From Octopus vulgaris (taxonomy: Eukaryota): 64,000 bases of DNA. The notes beneath the pieces are model-generated. The model searched no databases. It was not told where the DNA came from and was given only the letters and a program-made list of their open reading frames with translations. This document shows positions 13,771 through 28,764 of the stretch, in pieces. The DNA is taken from positions 32,674,001 to 32,738,000 of the forward strand of contig OX597832.1 in NCBI GenBank assembly GCA_951406725.2, read 5' to 3'. Numbering within the stretch: the stretch's first letter is position 1; every line of letters begins with the position of its first letter. The translations under genes were made by a program, and so were the position numbers.

Positions 13771-14632
13771 TATAGATAGATAGACTGTTAGATGCATGGA
13801 GTTGTGTAGACAAACATATAGATATTGTTAGTGATGGGAGATAGAGACGTATTTATATAAAAAGTCACGTGTGTGCGTGTGTTTTTGTGTATGTGTGGGG
13901 GTGTGTGTGCTGGAACATGTATATTTCCATTGTATAATTTATATGCGATATACATAACCTTATATGTATACGCACATAGGAAATGACCAGCTATTGTGCG
14001 TTGTTTCTTTAATCCACCGTCGGGTGAACCCACACAAACATACATATACAGAAATACGCACGTGTGGGATTAGACGAGCTAATACTTACGACTGCATGGC
14101 AGCACATAACTTGTTGTGAAGGGTAATCTACAGAAAAATATATTGTTTCATACATACATATATACATAGACTTACATACATACATGTGTGTGTGTGTGTG
14201 TGTGTGTGTATGCAGATATATGATACTTAATGTGATATATTTATATATATATGTATGTATATACATATATATATACACATATATATATATTTATTTATAT
14301 GTATATATGTGTGTGTGTGAGTATGTATGAAAGTATATAATTATATGTACTTCCATATGTGAGCAGAGAAGCGAAGAAAAGTTATTTTTCTCTGTTATGT
14401 TCAAGTAAGGTTTAAAACAAGAATTTATGCATTTTTAGTAATATTGTGTTCCATTCTAATTTCCATATAGATCATTGATGTTTTAACATCAAACACGGTA
14501 AAATTTATTTCATCTTCTGTGACATTAAGTACATTAAATCGTACAGTATACACTCAACCAATGAAATAAAACAAGGAAACTCAATATCCATACATACATA
14601 CATACATATCATACATACATATATACATATAT

Positions 14633-14690
<58 letters not shown>

Positions 14691-14758
14691 ATATGTATAT
14701 ACATCCATCTATATACATATCTATACCTATATTTATACATGTATATGCATATACATCC

Positions 14759-14797
<39 letters not shown>

Positions 14798-15464
14798 TGC
14801 TTGTATATATATATATATATAAATTAACGACCTTATCCTTATTTATATATATATATATATATATGTATGTATATCTATATAGCAATATATAATATATACA
14901 TGTGCATATATATACATATATAAATATTTATGTCTGTTGATGTCTATTGTAAAGGAATGTGTATTGTGTGTGCGTTCGTGTGTGTGCGCATGCGCTTAAA
15001 GCAATATTTTCATTCCTATTTCGAGAGATTCATAGACAGGCAGACTGATAAATAGATTGATACATACGTAGATAAGTAGATAGGTAAACCGGTAGAAAGA
15101 CGAAGAGACAGATGATGTATATGGTCGTACGTATGTTAGATATTGTATATATACGCGACTGTATGTGTGTAGGTCTGTATTTCATATAGATGCGCGTGAG
15201 CGTGAATATACACAGACAAGTCATACACATAAAGCATGTTTATGTAAACACGCCTTTCTTTTTTCTAAATATTGCAGACGTATGCATACATACGGTAAGC
15301 ATGACACATACAGAAACACTCGTGGATGAGCAATGACACACACACACACATACACTACACACATACGTGGATGTATATGTGTGTATAGACATGCGTTCAA
15401 ACAAATATATACATACATATAAAAAGTAGTTTCACCAAACACACAAACACACACATTCCTATTA

Positions 15465-15680
15465 TATTCTTTTATTCTTTTACTTGTCATTTGTCTGCGG
15501 TCGTGCTGGAGCACCGCCTTTAGTCGAACACATTGACCACAGGAATTATTCTTTATAAGCCTAGTACTTATACTATCGTTTACTTTTTGCCGAACCGCTA
15601 AGTTACAGAGATGTTAATACGCCAACATTGGCTGTCAAGCGCTAGTAGTGTGACAAATACAAGCACGGAAATATATACAT
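15465..15680 (-). mobile_element. SINE family A, 3' half
   Basis: gctggagcaccgcctttagtcgaa...ttttgccgaaccgctaagttac is the reverse complement of 4360-4480. Confidence 0.8.
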
Positions 15681-15704
15681 TCACACACATATATATATAT
15701 ATAT

Positions 15705-15800
<96 letters not shown>

Positions 15801-16357
15801 TCGAAACAATCTTGAAATTTGCAGCACATGTCTAACAATACTACAGACTTCAACTCTACAGTAATCATAATTTAGTTCACGATGAAATTAACTTGATAAA
15901 CCATGCACTGAATCGATCAACGAGTATGCATTGTTTCGCCTTAGCGAGCTCTTCAAGGCATTTTCGGCATTACTTGTGATTATTATATAAATATCCGGTT
16001 CTCCGAAAAGTTAAACAAGTCCTGGAAGAAAGTACTATCACTATCTGAAGCATCGATGACGTCCAGAGTATATTTACTTCAGTAGAGTGTTGAGCAGTGT
16101 TATGGCATTTTGTTCTACATCTAATCTCAAAGATATGCAAGGAATTGTAGTTACACCTCTTCAGTTACCTAAATAAACAAGAGAATCGCACATCCCATCA
16201 AATGATGATGTATAGGTAAACACTATTTAAGCTTGTAATAGTTTAGTATTTGATATGTTTGTGTGAAATACAGAGATGACTCAATATTGGTATAGCCTTA
16301 TCAATGCTATGGCAAGCAACACCATACAACACATGCGTACACACACACAGACATTTC

Positions 16358-16396
<39 letters not shown>

Positions 16397-16427
16397 GTGT
16401 GTAAATATATATGTATATGTATGTGTG

Positions 16428-16470
<43 letters not shown>

Positions 16471-16614
16471 TAATAAAAGGGTTCAGCAAAGATTTGCTTC
16501 ACCACACACCGAAGTTTAGAAACAGCAGCCAAAAATCGTAGCTATTTCTTCTACTTTAAAAAGGATCTTCAAGTATTTTGGTTTCTCTGGAAATATGTAT
16601 CTATATATATATGT

Positions 16615-17066
16615 GGTCGGTGGAGGTAGTGCTGCCCTGCATGATGAGTGTGGCGGCTGGAAGATCTTATGTCCGGCAATAGGACGCTGCACAATTCCGC
16701 ACAAGCAGGAAAACCCAATTTCTGCGGCTGCATCTGAGCACCTAACCTCGTATACTGCAACCCCACTGATCATTTTTTGCGGGGCACAGTTGATCGTAAG
16801 ACCAACAAAACTCCTTGTAACAGGAAATACGAACTGAAGCAAAGATTATGACAGTATTTACCAACTTGAACAAGGAGGTTGTCAAGAAGAGTTGCAGGAG
16901 ATTCCGAAGTCGTCTGGAAGCCATAGTTGAAGCGAATTGTGACTTTATTGAATAAATTTACTCTAAAGTATTTCAAGATATTTTTATGTAATTTTAGTGT
17001 AAAATGAGATATCAGTGTTATTTTTATTTTTGCGTAATTTAAGCGAAAGGTTATTCACCGCACCCT
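16615..17066 (+). mobile_element. DD37D (maT-like) transposon relic, 3' part
   Basis: EVVLP..SVAAGRSYVRQ*DAA..TSRKTQ...NLNKEVVKKSCRRFRSRLEAIVEAN; ends ttattcaccgcaccct. Confidence 0.85.
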
Positions 17067-17130
17067 CCCTGTGTGTGTACACACACACGACAGGTTATTC
17101 ACCGCACCATCCCTTGGTGTGTACACACAC

Positions 17131-17163
<33 letters not shown>

Positions 17164-17491
17164 TGCACACACAAACACACACACATATATGTGTTACATT
17201 AATATTCATGTATAGATATTAGCAAATATTTTCAGCCTTACTACTATTGTTGCAACGAAGACGATGCTGTGGCAAAATCTTTAACGGATGACAGATTTTC
17301 ATCCCAGGCATTTTGTCTGTCTGTCTGTCTCTCTTCTCAATTCAAATCCCGCCAATGTCAATTTACCTTTTTCCATGCGGGTTTGCTAAAATAAAGTACC
17401 AATCAAATACCAGTTTTGTTGTAATCGAGTATTCGCCTTCCTCTAAAAGAGTTCGCGTTTTACCGAAATTATTATTACCATTAGCTGAAAT

Positions 17492-17690
17492 AAGGCGGCC
17501 TGCAGACAGAATCAGTAGCATTCCAGAATGCTTACGTTCTGATTTGAAATTCCACCGAGGTTGACTTTGCATCTTATCCTTTCGGGGTCGATAAAATAGT
17601 CACCAGTGAGTTACTGGGTCCGAGCTAATTGACTATCTTCCTCCCGCAAAATTTCCTAGCTTTTTTTTGCCTCTAACAGAATGTATTATT
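17492..17690 (+). mobile_element. SINE family D (Nin-domain-like)
   Basis: aaggcggc head, ccgaggttgactttgcatcttatcctttcggggtcgataaaat core; partial copy at about 17350-17450. Confidence 0.75.
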
Positions 17691-18522
17691 ATTACAAATA
17701 ATTAAATTTCACGAATTCTTATTTTGTAGTTGAATATCGCCCACCCTTCTGCTTATTAGAGTTTTGTCGCGTCATGTCACAATCTAATTAAATTTATTCT
17801 TAACCAAAATGTTGTAGAGATGGCACCGAGAAGTGATTGATAGATTTATAAACAAAAACTAGAAGGTTACATTGTTGTCAAAGATTTACATCGATCATAA
17901 TGAATTTTGCTTTCAATTTTGAACAAAAAATCGAAATTGACGAATTCTTGCAGACATTTCGATCGTGCTGTGCATTGAGATATTTACATCTACTAAAAGT
18001 CATAACTTAAATTACTCCGGTGTATTGGTTACCGGCATATATAACTTATTGTTATATGATGTAATGAATGTATTTATTTATTTAACAACTTGTCCAAACT
18101 CCATTAAGAAGACGCACTTTACTTGATTTGGTTTGAAAATATGCATTTGACTGAAAACATGAAATTCTTATGAGTTTATTTATGTTAAAAGAAAACACAT
18201 GTGGTGAAGAATAATTGCCTGATGCGCTGCGACATACTCAACAATTCCAATGCAACGAAAGTAAATCTTTAAAAAGAACTAAGATTACTACCCGGCTCTC
18301 TCGCCTACGTCTAATTATTCCTTTCAGTGAGATACAATGAATATCTGAAATATTCAGATAGGATCAATAATGGGGTCTTGTTTGTATACGATGAAACAGC
18401 GGATATTTGAATTAGTATCAATGACACCAAAGTGAACAGAAATGCAAAATATATGCAAGAATACATTGTGGGTAACACACACACACACACACACGCACAT
18501 ACACACACACACAAACACACAA

Positions 18523-18553
<31 letters not shown>

Positions 18554-18559
18554 AATTAA

Positions 18560-18960
18560 CAGAATGAGATAAAAATCCAAGGGTGTGAAAGATTTCAGAA
18601 CATTTATAAATAGGTTTTACAGCTGTTTCCGAGATATTTTATATATCGCTTCATCAGAGACGGTGTGAGAAAATGGTTAAGCAATAGTTATTCTAGATAA
18701 GATATGAAAAAGAGAGTCAAGTGGAGGAATGAAAATAGACGTGAGATATGCAGGGATATTGAATCTATTATTTAGGCTGAACGGTATATATATATAAGAT
18801 TCCTGTACCTTGTGAGTACGTTCCAATAGTATTTAAAATTGGTCATTCCAAGCAAATAGTTTTTAAACAGTATTATTGGATCGAGAGTTTATTTTTTAAG
18901 TGACTTAAAATTTAGGAATGTATTTGTAACGTCAAATCAAAAACAGGAAGACACCATTAC
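18560..18960 (-). mobile_element. Penelope-like 3' end (possible GIY-YIG C-terminus followed by a hammerhead)
   Basis: Minus-strand RTHKVQESYIYTVQPK resembles the PLE C-terminal E-S-x-x-I...P motif; HHR downstream. Confidence 0.5.
18614..18661 (-). ncRNA. Type I hammerhead ribozyme motif (partly decayed stems)
   Basis: gtct-CTGATGA-aGcGATAT-ataaa-ATATCtCg-GAAAC-AGCT-GTA-aaac; palindromic ACAGCTGT stem III. Confidence 0.7.
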
Positions 18961-18969
18961 CTCTGATAA

Positions 18970-19011
<42 letters not shown>

Positions 19012-19013
<2 letters not shown>

Positions 19014-19706
19014 GAAACGACATTTTGTGCTGCTTAGCATACGCACCGGAAGCTCCAATAAGAACATTCCTGAGTATTTGAATGTCAGTCTGAGGATAGC
19101 TTAACGAGAGTGATAAAAATCAAACATCCAGTCAACATCATGGCGTTGTTTGGAGTGATTACTAGTGATGCCTCTATTCATCTTCTCACACGGTTACTGT
19201 ATCAACACGGAGGTCCACATCAAGCGCCTGGACGAGGTAGTACTGCGTTACGTGAAGAGGGTGGCTGCTGGAAAACCCTATTTCTGGCAACAGTACCAAA
19301 GCACAAGCAGGAGAACTCAGTCATGGTTATCAGACCATGACTGGGTTCTCATTCAGACAACTTCTGCAACCTCATTAGCCCTAATATCTGGCCACATAAC
19401 TTTCCACACTGCAAACCCCTTGATTATGATGCGAGAGACCAACAAAATATAAAAGATGAACTGGAGCCAAGGATTATGGCTGCATTCACCAAATTAAACA
19501 AGGACACTGCCCAAAAGAGGTGTAGGAGATTCCGATGTTGTCTTGAGGTCGTGGCTGAAGCCAATGGCAATATTATTGAATAAATTGTCTCATATAGTCT
19601 TTCAAGATATTTTTACGTAAATTTAGTAAATATATCTGTGAAAATGAGATGTTTGTGCTATTTTCATTTTTGCGTAATTTAGACAACAGTTATACACCGC
19701 ACCCTG
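19012..19706 (+). mobile_element. DD37D (maT-like) transposon relic, internally deleted
   Basis: IKIKHPVNIM..FGVITSD, MPLFIFSHG, KRVAAGKPYFWQQ, CKPLDY; ends caccgcaccctg. Confidence 0.85.
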
Positions 19707-21404
19707 AGCATATATATATATACATATATATATATATATGCAGTTTCCCTGCATCAATTGCCTTTCAGGACAAGTTATTAGTCAACTAATGCTGACTGCA
19801 GAGGACTTGCAAAAGTGATGTTTCCCTAGAACCTTCTGATCTTAGTGCAACCGTCTTATCCATGCTGATATGTCTGCTCTCCGATTTATGGAGAAAGATG
19901 ATAGTTTACCACGAAGAAGCAATCAGACAGCACAAGAGATTAATTATGATACACCGCTAATGACCAGCTATGTTTTAAATGAGGGAAATATGTTTTGTGT
20001 AGTTCGTGATATTATGTCTCAACTAAATGAATTATGCAGTCTCTCTTGTCTATTGTTTATTCATATATAAAAAAAATAACAAGCGTCTTCTATCTAATTC
20101 AACATCCATAATGTGAAAGGACATCGACTCTGTCATAGTTAATGGAAAACAGTTGTACAGATAAAGAAAAACAAGATGAAGTGAAATATGATGCCAATCC
20201 TTATCAGAATAGCAATATTTGAAGAAAAATATTGCCTGCAGCTGGTATCTTTAATTAACTTGTTAAATTACAATAGATAAGAACAGTGTGGATGTTACAC
20301 TACTATCCTCCGAGTATGAATTTATGAATAACCCCGGGTTTCATGCCGAATATGATAAACAACTTGATAACTTTTTATGGACAATGCTCGGATTCAGTCG
20401 GTGAATTGATAGCGAATTATGTACGATGATCAATCTGAACAGGAACTAAACCACTAGCATATACACATTAATATTATTACGTGGGTAAACAAAGATAAGT
20501 GAATTAGAAATAAGAACAAACTTGGAAATACTTAAGAATCAATGAAATGAACTTTATATTAAATTAAATGTCTGGATGAATATTATAAATGCGTTCGATT
20601 AGAATTTCAAGATGAATTAAATGATAAACCAATAAAATATTTTTCATCAATATTCTGGATTTCCCAGTAATAAATTACATTTATATATATTCGAAACTCT
20701 ATTGAATGGATTAGAAAGATGAAATTATGTCTTTTAATGAAAGAATAAGAAAAGAATGACAGTAGTTAGAACAAACCACCTAAAACATAATTCGAGATTG
20801 TATGTGTCTTGTAAGAGGCCAGGGATGTCTTTCTGGAGGGGGACAAAAAGCCAAGTTAGAAATAAAACACACACACATGCATTCACACACAAAAACCTAA
20901 ATGTAATATTCACTTTTATTTATTTGTTGAGGTTTCTGCTGCATACTGCCACGACCTCTATGGAACAGTTGTGTGGTAAATATTTCTATCCCCGAAAAAG
21001 TAACGAAAGAAGGAAATTTAATACATTGTTTTCGCATTTAATCGGTTAAAATGGCTCCTCGTCCGTGCTTTAAATGTATCAAAACAAGGCAACTTAATAT
21101 GTGATTTCTTTTTTTACAAATAAAGGGAGAGTAAGATATAGAATTATGGAAATATGAAATATTCCTTAAGACTACAGAAAAATACACAAATACACATGCG
21201 CACACACACAAAATAAATATAAACATCCATGCGCAATGTGTTAACATAACGGAAAAATATAATTACCACTAAATGTGACTAAGGGAGTCAAGACACTTAT
21301 ATTGCTAGACATAAAATGTAAAATGTTCTAATGCTGTTGTACAGCTGTATGATGGCACACCTGTCGGGAGCTATCGTTATGCTAAAGCTTTGTTATTAAT
21401 TATC

Positions 21405-21620
21405 AAGTCGGTGAGCTAAAAGAAACGTTAGCACACCTGGCAAAATTTATAGCCACATTTTTGCCCCTTTTTACGTTTTGAGTCCAAATATCACCGAGGT
21501 TGGCTACGCATTTCATTGTGTTGGAATCGATAAAATGAGTACCAGAGACTATAAATTGGAATCGGCCCCTCCCACGGAACAGAAATTTCGAGCCTTGTTT
21601 CTCTTATAGAAAAGATTATC
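21405..21620 (+). mobile_element. SINE family D
   Basis: gtcggtgagct...cgttagcac...ccgaggttggctacgcatttcat...tcgataaaatgagtaccag. Confidence 0.75.
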
Positions 21621-22123
21621 GCATTTATTCGAATAATTTTGCTTTACTGAGAGTAATGTTACTTCTCCAGTTTCTTCTTTGACGTAGACCGTTGCATGGA
21701 TCAGTTGTCGGTGATGTTATCATCCTGCCTATGATAGCCTCCTCAGTGTGAGGCAAGGCTTCTATAAACAGAAAAGGTTTTATTATTTCGAAGACTAATT
21801 GGCAACATAATGAAGTATAGCTAATATTCCATAGAGTTAAATACAAACGGTCTACGCCATTGGAGATTTATAGAGATATCGTATAACCATATGGATTTAT
21901 TAAATGTGACATATATAATACTCATAGATATAAACGTATGTATAATCCTAGAAATACATATATGAGTGTATGTGTGCATGTGTATATGGTATCATATTCT
22001 TTCATTTGCACTTTTTCAATAATATTGTATATATATGTGCGTGTGTATGTATGTATATATATATATACAGGTATAGGTATATATATGAGTATGTATATAT
22101 ATATATGTGTGTATGTATGTATG

Positions 22124-22154
<31 letters not shown>

Positions 22155-22262
22155 CCTTCTTCCCTTCTTTCCTGAGCGTCCAATAATACTTTATTTGTTC
22201 CACGTCCTCGCGTTGTTGTGTTTTTTTTGTTTTTTTGTGTTTTCTTGTTTGGATTAACTTTT

Positions 22263-22311
<49 letters not shown>

Positions 22312-22720
22312 GTATAAATTTATGTATGGTAGTGGTTAATGTGTTCCTATGTTTCTACGTATGTGTGTGTGTGTGTGTGTCCGTGTATACCTAAAACCTA
22401 TATATCTGTTTGTGCTTGTACATACACCCAGATGTCAGTCAACGAGACAGTGCGTTTCCGCATCTAACGCAATTAATAGAATCTGAATAAGATCTCAGTG
22501 AGATAAATTGCCAGAAATACGTATAAGAGGAGAGAAATACGATATGTCGTAGCCCAAGTAATTGCCGAAAGACGTAATAGCAAAGAGCTGCGTTGTTTCC
22601 GGCTGGCGAAATCAATCGGAGGTATTAATCAACTCGCACTTGGAAACGAAGCAACACAGCTGAAGATAAATGTGATATACATGCATACACACACACACAC
22701 ATAGTTATTTGTATATATAC

Positions 22721-22755
<35 letters not shown>

Positions 22756-24839
22756 CATACACAAACACACACACACATACACACACATACACACACACAC
22801 ATACACATACACACACATACATACACACACACTCACACATATATATATATATGTATGTATATACATATACATATACGCATGTATATATATGTATGCGTGT
22901 GTGTATATATATATTGTTTTCCCTTTCTGTTAAGATAAGAAAGCTTTTCATTAAATTGAGGAATTAGACAATGCGTTTTGTAGAGTACAAAATAATTATT
23001 CATCAACAAGAATAGTGTTGAGAGTGAATTCAAAGTTTTACGCATCTAACTCAACATTGGACAGTCCGACCAGGGCCGAGATGACCAAAACGTTTCGGTG
23101 TTTTTATCCTTGCGGTTCTTCAAGTGAACACATTGAGCATGTTTTAGATCCATTGGTATAGGGTCTGAATTTAGAGAGGAGTCACCATTTGATCTCAAAA
23201 TTGTCCCTACGTTTTTAATTTTCCATCATGTTGTAGCAGAATGCAGAATGAAGAGTAGCTCCGTCCAACACGCTACACCTGTACAGAAAAGAAACCCTGT
23301 AAAACGCTGCTCCAGCATAGACTCAATCTCTGGACGATACCAACAAAAGATGAACGATAAAGATACCGCAGACTTCAATGTTGTACTCAATAAAGTTCTC
23401 TGATTTGATCAAATATAAACAAACTTCTTTCTTCGCTTTCAATATTTCAATTGAAAAATTATTGGTAACAGAATAACTACATTTGATACTGCTACACTTG
23501 AAAATATTCGACAGATTACAGGGATCCCCTGATGTTTCCTTACAGGATTAGAGTGATCTTTTATTCCCTGTGGTGGTAATTGCTGGAATGTAGTATGGTT
23601 TTGAGATATTGCAGCTATTTCCATCTAGTGTGACGACAACATAAAAGTTTCACATTTCTTTTCCTCTATGGTCAGTACAGTATTAAACTAGTGGTTTATA
23701 TAATAACAGCGAAATTGTTTTTATATAGTTTATTCCGAATCATTTGTTATTCGTGATGCCTTAACCAGGCCGCAATAAATTGGTCCCCCGACAAGAAACA
23801 GTCGACGCGTAGACAATAAAATATCAAAAGTCGGCAGACCAAATTGACAGGGGAGAGAATTAACCAAAATAATGCTTAGTTGCTGATTTTCGGATCGATG
23901 TCTCTCTCAAAGAACAGAACAAGAGAATGGAACAATAAATGAGGTGAAATTATAATTCTATAACGACCGTTTCCGAAAAAATAAAATCAGTGGTTTTTTA
24001 TTAAGAATGAAACATTACAGATTAAATAGAATAGACCATAACATAGGATTAGTATACAGTAAAGACGAGATTATGGGATTAGAATGGTGAGTTTTCTGAA
24101 ATAGTTTATGATTAATTTTCAATAAATAAATAGCTTCGCATAAAATGTTTTTACTGTTGATGCCGGAATAAATGTCTTACAATTTATTGCAGAACCTGCA
24201 GTAGATTGCTTAAAGATCTCTGAAGAATTTACTAATGCTTCTGTGAAAATCAATATAACCCCACCCACCACGCACACACACACACACACACACGTATGTG
24301 GGTTTCTACTTATATTATTACTATTGTGTTTTGCTGTTCTTGTTGCTGTTGTTAAGCTCATCATTACTATTATTGTTATGTAGACATATAAGCTTTGATA
24401 TCCGCTTTCTTTCAGGTTATACAGCGCATGCGCAATAACGTGAATTGAGAACAGGACAGAGTGATGTAAGTTCCAAAAATTTATTTGCAGCGCATATCTC
24501 CACACACACATACATACATACATATATATATATACATACATGCACAGAGGTACATATGCCCGTCCACACAAATCTATTTACAGTGCATACATTCCCACAT
24601 AAACACACACACACATCTATACATCCATCTATTCATACATGCACACAAACTCGCACTTATACGTGCACTTGTACATTTAGACTTATATATATGTGTGTGG
24701 AGAAGTTGATGCTGCCTTCTTTCTTTCTGTATTTCTCGCTCATTGCTTCGGTAGTGGAAACTTTTACGCTCATTTCCGTTACTTTACAAAGTTTGGTCTT
24801 CCAAAGACTTCAAATCCTGCCAGTATTCTGACAGGAAGG

Positions 24840-25110
24840 TGTTGCCATATACACAGATCAAAGAAAAGATAGCAAAGAATCACAAAGAAACCAAATTCTG
24901 TGATATGTCAATCTACACACAGACAGATATTCAGGTTAATCAGGCGGACATTGTTATCAAAGATAAAGGAAATAGAATGTCTCTTGGACGAAAGAATTCA
25001 TTCCAAGCTATCGATAATCTATCCATAAAATCATGGCAAAAATATGTTGGTATAAAGCTCTGGGAATTAAGCAAGCCAGGATTCAGGGATTGAAAACAGA
25101 AACAATACAC
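24840..25110 (+). mobile_element. R4/Dong-like RLE domain fragment
   Basis: FCDMSIYTQTDIQVNQADIVIKDK resembles the WDxxIxTDxxIxANRPDIVIKDK PD-(D/E)xK motif. Confidence 0.65.
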
Positions 25111-25849
25111 TTAGCATACGATTTTATTTCTTTTGCTTTCTCGCTTTATACTATTTCAATATAAAGCTTCTCTCCTATTTCAATGCTGCAAAACATGATA
25201 TAAAAATAAAGCACTGATAATTCCAAAATGCTCATAATATCTTCATGTTGTTTATCTCTTGAAATATCCCCACACTCATCTCCTTCACATCACTGGAAAA
25301 TTTTTTCATGTTAGGTAAAAAAAAGAAGTGTTTTAAAATTTCTGCGGTTGCTTAAATAAAATTATATAGTGCAATTAGAATTAGAATGGAAAATGAAGGA
25401 CGAAGAAATACGTGGATAAAATCGTTTTTCCTTCAATTGAAATCTTTCGAGAGGAATAAAATTGAAGAGAGCTAAAAAGAAGCTTCAATGTTATTTATAT
25501 ATACATACATCTGCATACACACACGCACATGTATGTTTCTGTGTGGGTGTTTGCGTGCGTGTGTGCTTTTGTGTGTGCACGTATGTTTCGAATATGAATG
25601 TTTTGTATATGTGTGTGTGTGTTTGTGCATATATGTATATATGTATATATACGTATCTATATGTATCTATCACTCTATCTAGCTTTCTCTATCTCTCTCT
25701 ATAATACACACACACACATATATATATGTGTTTATTTATGTATATGTATATGTACATATTTATGTAAAATATAAGTATACGTATCTATCTAATCTATCCA
25801 TCTATCTATCCATCTCTCTCTCTCTCTGTCTCTATCTATCTATCTATCG

Positions 25850-25898
<49 letters not shown>

Positions 25899-25915
25899 AC
25901 TATCTATCTATATAC

Positions 25916-25951
<36 letters not shown>

Positions 25952-26675
25952 TTTCCTGCAATTTATCATATAATTCAATTGAATTAAGGGTGAATACAGC
26001 GGAAAATGGGTTTCGGAAGAGGCTTTCAAAATGTTTAGAAAGAGATGAAGAACAAATATATAAAGAAACAGTAACAAAAAAAAAACACAAAACATTAAGT
26101 AACGAATTATAAAAGAACTTTTGAATTTTTCAAGTTGTTGGTTTTCAGAATCCATATTGGAAACATCAATATTATTTGATTTCTGGAATCCAGTAAATTT
26201 ACGTTAGAAACACACAGAGAATTCTTTAAACGTGTCATTCACTTTCAGAAAAAAAGGGTAAGCCATTTCGCCCTCTAGAAAACATTGCAATTGAAATGGA
26301 ATTGAAATAATTCATTCCTTGAGGTATAAAGCATTTTTCGAAAAATACAAGTAAAATTTACATAAATGATGGAATGAGAATTTCAAAGAACATTTACAGA
26401 ATTTCATATATTCTTCAAAGGCCATTTTTGGCAACTATTTATATTCTTGTATAATTATCTAAACTTGTTATTGATTAATAAGTTTTCATTTGAATTCTTT
26501 AACGAATATAGGCTGATAGATGAAAATATATTTGTACGACAGGAATGACAAGTAATAAAGAACCAAGCGGAATGGTACACGCCACATTGACTCCATAACG
26601 CCATGTATATACTCTCTCCCCTTCTCTCTTTCTTTTTTCTGTCTATCTGTCTGTCTCTTTCTCTCTCAGCGGGTT

Positions 26676-26757
<82 letters not shown>

Positions 26758-27454
26758 ATAAATATATATAAATATATATAAAGTGAATGAAAGGAAGGAA
26801 GGAAGGAAGGAAGGAAGGAATAGCGATTCGCTTACAGCTTTAGACCGACACATTGCCGATCTCAAAAGAGATACAATGTAAGTAGTCTGGTTTCCGGGAT
26901 GTGATTCCTGCTCGATCAATTGCATCGCAAACTCATTGAAGTTACGTTTCCGAGGCCAAATATCCCGCAGGGTCTATTCCCGAGATACAGAGTGCAACCA
27001 TTTTCACATACATCTACAGTTCATTCTAAAGTATTTCCTAGCTATTTCAGTCTACCATATTCCATGTACAAGATTTTCTCAAACCAAAACAATGATAAAA
27101 TACAAATGTTTAATACTTCGCTTTGTGGGGACGACAAGAAGACCACGTGGTTTCTAAACAATCGTCTACAGGCGTTAGTCATTCATGTCTATTCCAGGAT
27201 GATGATGAAATTCTCCTCTTATTTACGTTAATTTTCGCATTCTACATAAATATTGATTGACGTTTGTATTGATATATAATTGTGCCTTCTTGTCTCATAT
27301 ACGACTCCGATTTCTCTCCAAGATATTTACCATTATAAACTATGCTTTAACAATCACTTGACTGATTTTGTTAAATGCTGAAAATTTTCATCTTCTGGAG
27401 ATGCAATTGGAGCAACACTTACATTCACGTGACTCACAAGTCTGTCATTAATCT

Positions 27455-27670
27455 TATCACTTTCAAATTTTGGCATAAGACCAGTAATTTAGGAAAAGGG
27501 GTTAAGCCGATTAAATCAAACCCAGTACTTGTTTTATCGACCCCGGAAAGTTGTAGGAGAAAGACGATCTCCGTGGAAGCTGAACTTAGAATACAAAGAC
27601 GGACGAAATGCCACGAAGCAATTTGCTCCGCATGCCTACAACTCTGCCTGCTTTCCGTCCTTCTGCCATT
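27455..27670 (-). mobile_element. SINE family D
   Basis: ttttatcgaccccggaaag...gaacttagaa...cttctgcc is the reverse complement of the family D core. Confidence 0.7.
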
Positions 27671-28764
27671 AATCATATCACAATGAGTATCTTCTACACG
27701 ATGCACCGATTAACGTACGTAAAAGCAACTCCAGACAAGACTGTAGATCATTACGACATGATACTGTCACAGAGGTTACCAACAAATAATATAGTAAAAA
27801 CGAATTGTACTCGACAACGGAACTAAACATACCGTGAAAATGTTCAATGATATAAGGCATTTATTATTTATTATGCGACGCACGTGAGCTGACTTTGAAA
27901 AAATCTTGTATAACAATTTATTCATCTACAGCGAATCTGTCTATTTATTGTCAATATATCCTGTCGGAAATTGAGTCTCTGATCAGTGTCGTTTTTGTCA
28001 TCGGGGAACATCTCTCTTTAGAAGTTGTGATCATGCAAAATGCAATTCAACGGTTTAAGAAGACCTTGAGATATCGCGGTGTTTCAGTCTTATTGTGTGT
28101 GTGTGTGTGTGTGTGTTTATGTGTGCTTCTTTGTTCTTCAGTCAAAGCTACTTCACAGAAACGATAATCAGAAAATAACCCAGATACCGTTCATCCTGAA
28201 ATTCTGGAATAAAACGATCAATACTTTCGACTGCATGAAAAAAGAATGTCTGGAACCACCAAAAGATTATTTCTGGTGTAAAAGAACCGATATACAAAAT
28301 TGCATGTAAAATAGAACTAGTTAAATGAACATCCTCTACGTAATAACCTTTGACCACTTCAGAAGGAAAAGTGTGAACCATATAAGGAAATAATCAGTGC
28401 ATTGAGATTAAATGCAGACCTATCTTTGCTTCCCTTCTACTAATAAAGCCTTTATACTTCTGAACTAGGTAATTGCACATGTCCCGTTCTATGTTTAATA
28501 CTCAACGTAATTAGGACCACCCAACCACACCCTCACTAGAAACTTATTGAATTATCTTTCTTATTGCAATATTTGAAGAATAAATGCATTGCCCAATTTT
28601 TCACAATGTTTCAATCTAAATACATAAAGATTGAATATCTACAAAGTTTTAAAGCCTAATTCAAAACGTTGAGGACGGAAATTTTGGTTTTGGTTTTACA
28701 TGTAATTAATGAAAAAAACTCGACAAAGAGGATTTTTACCCTAGACCTGCATGGTGGATTATTT

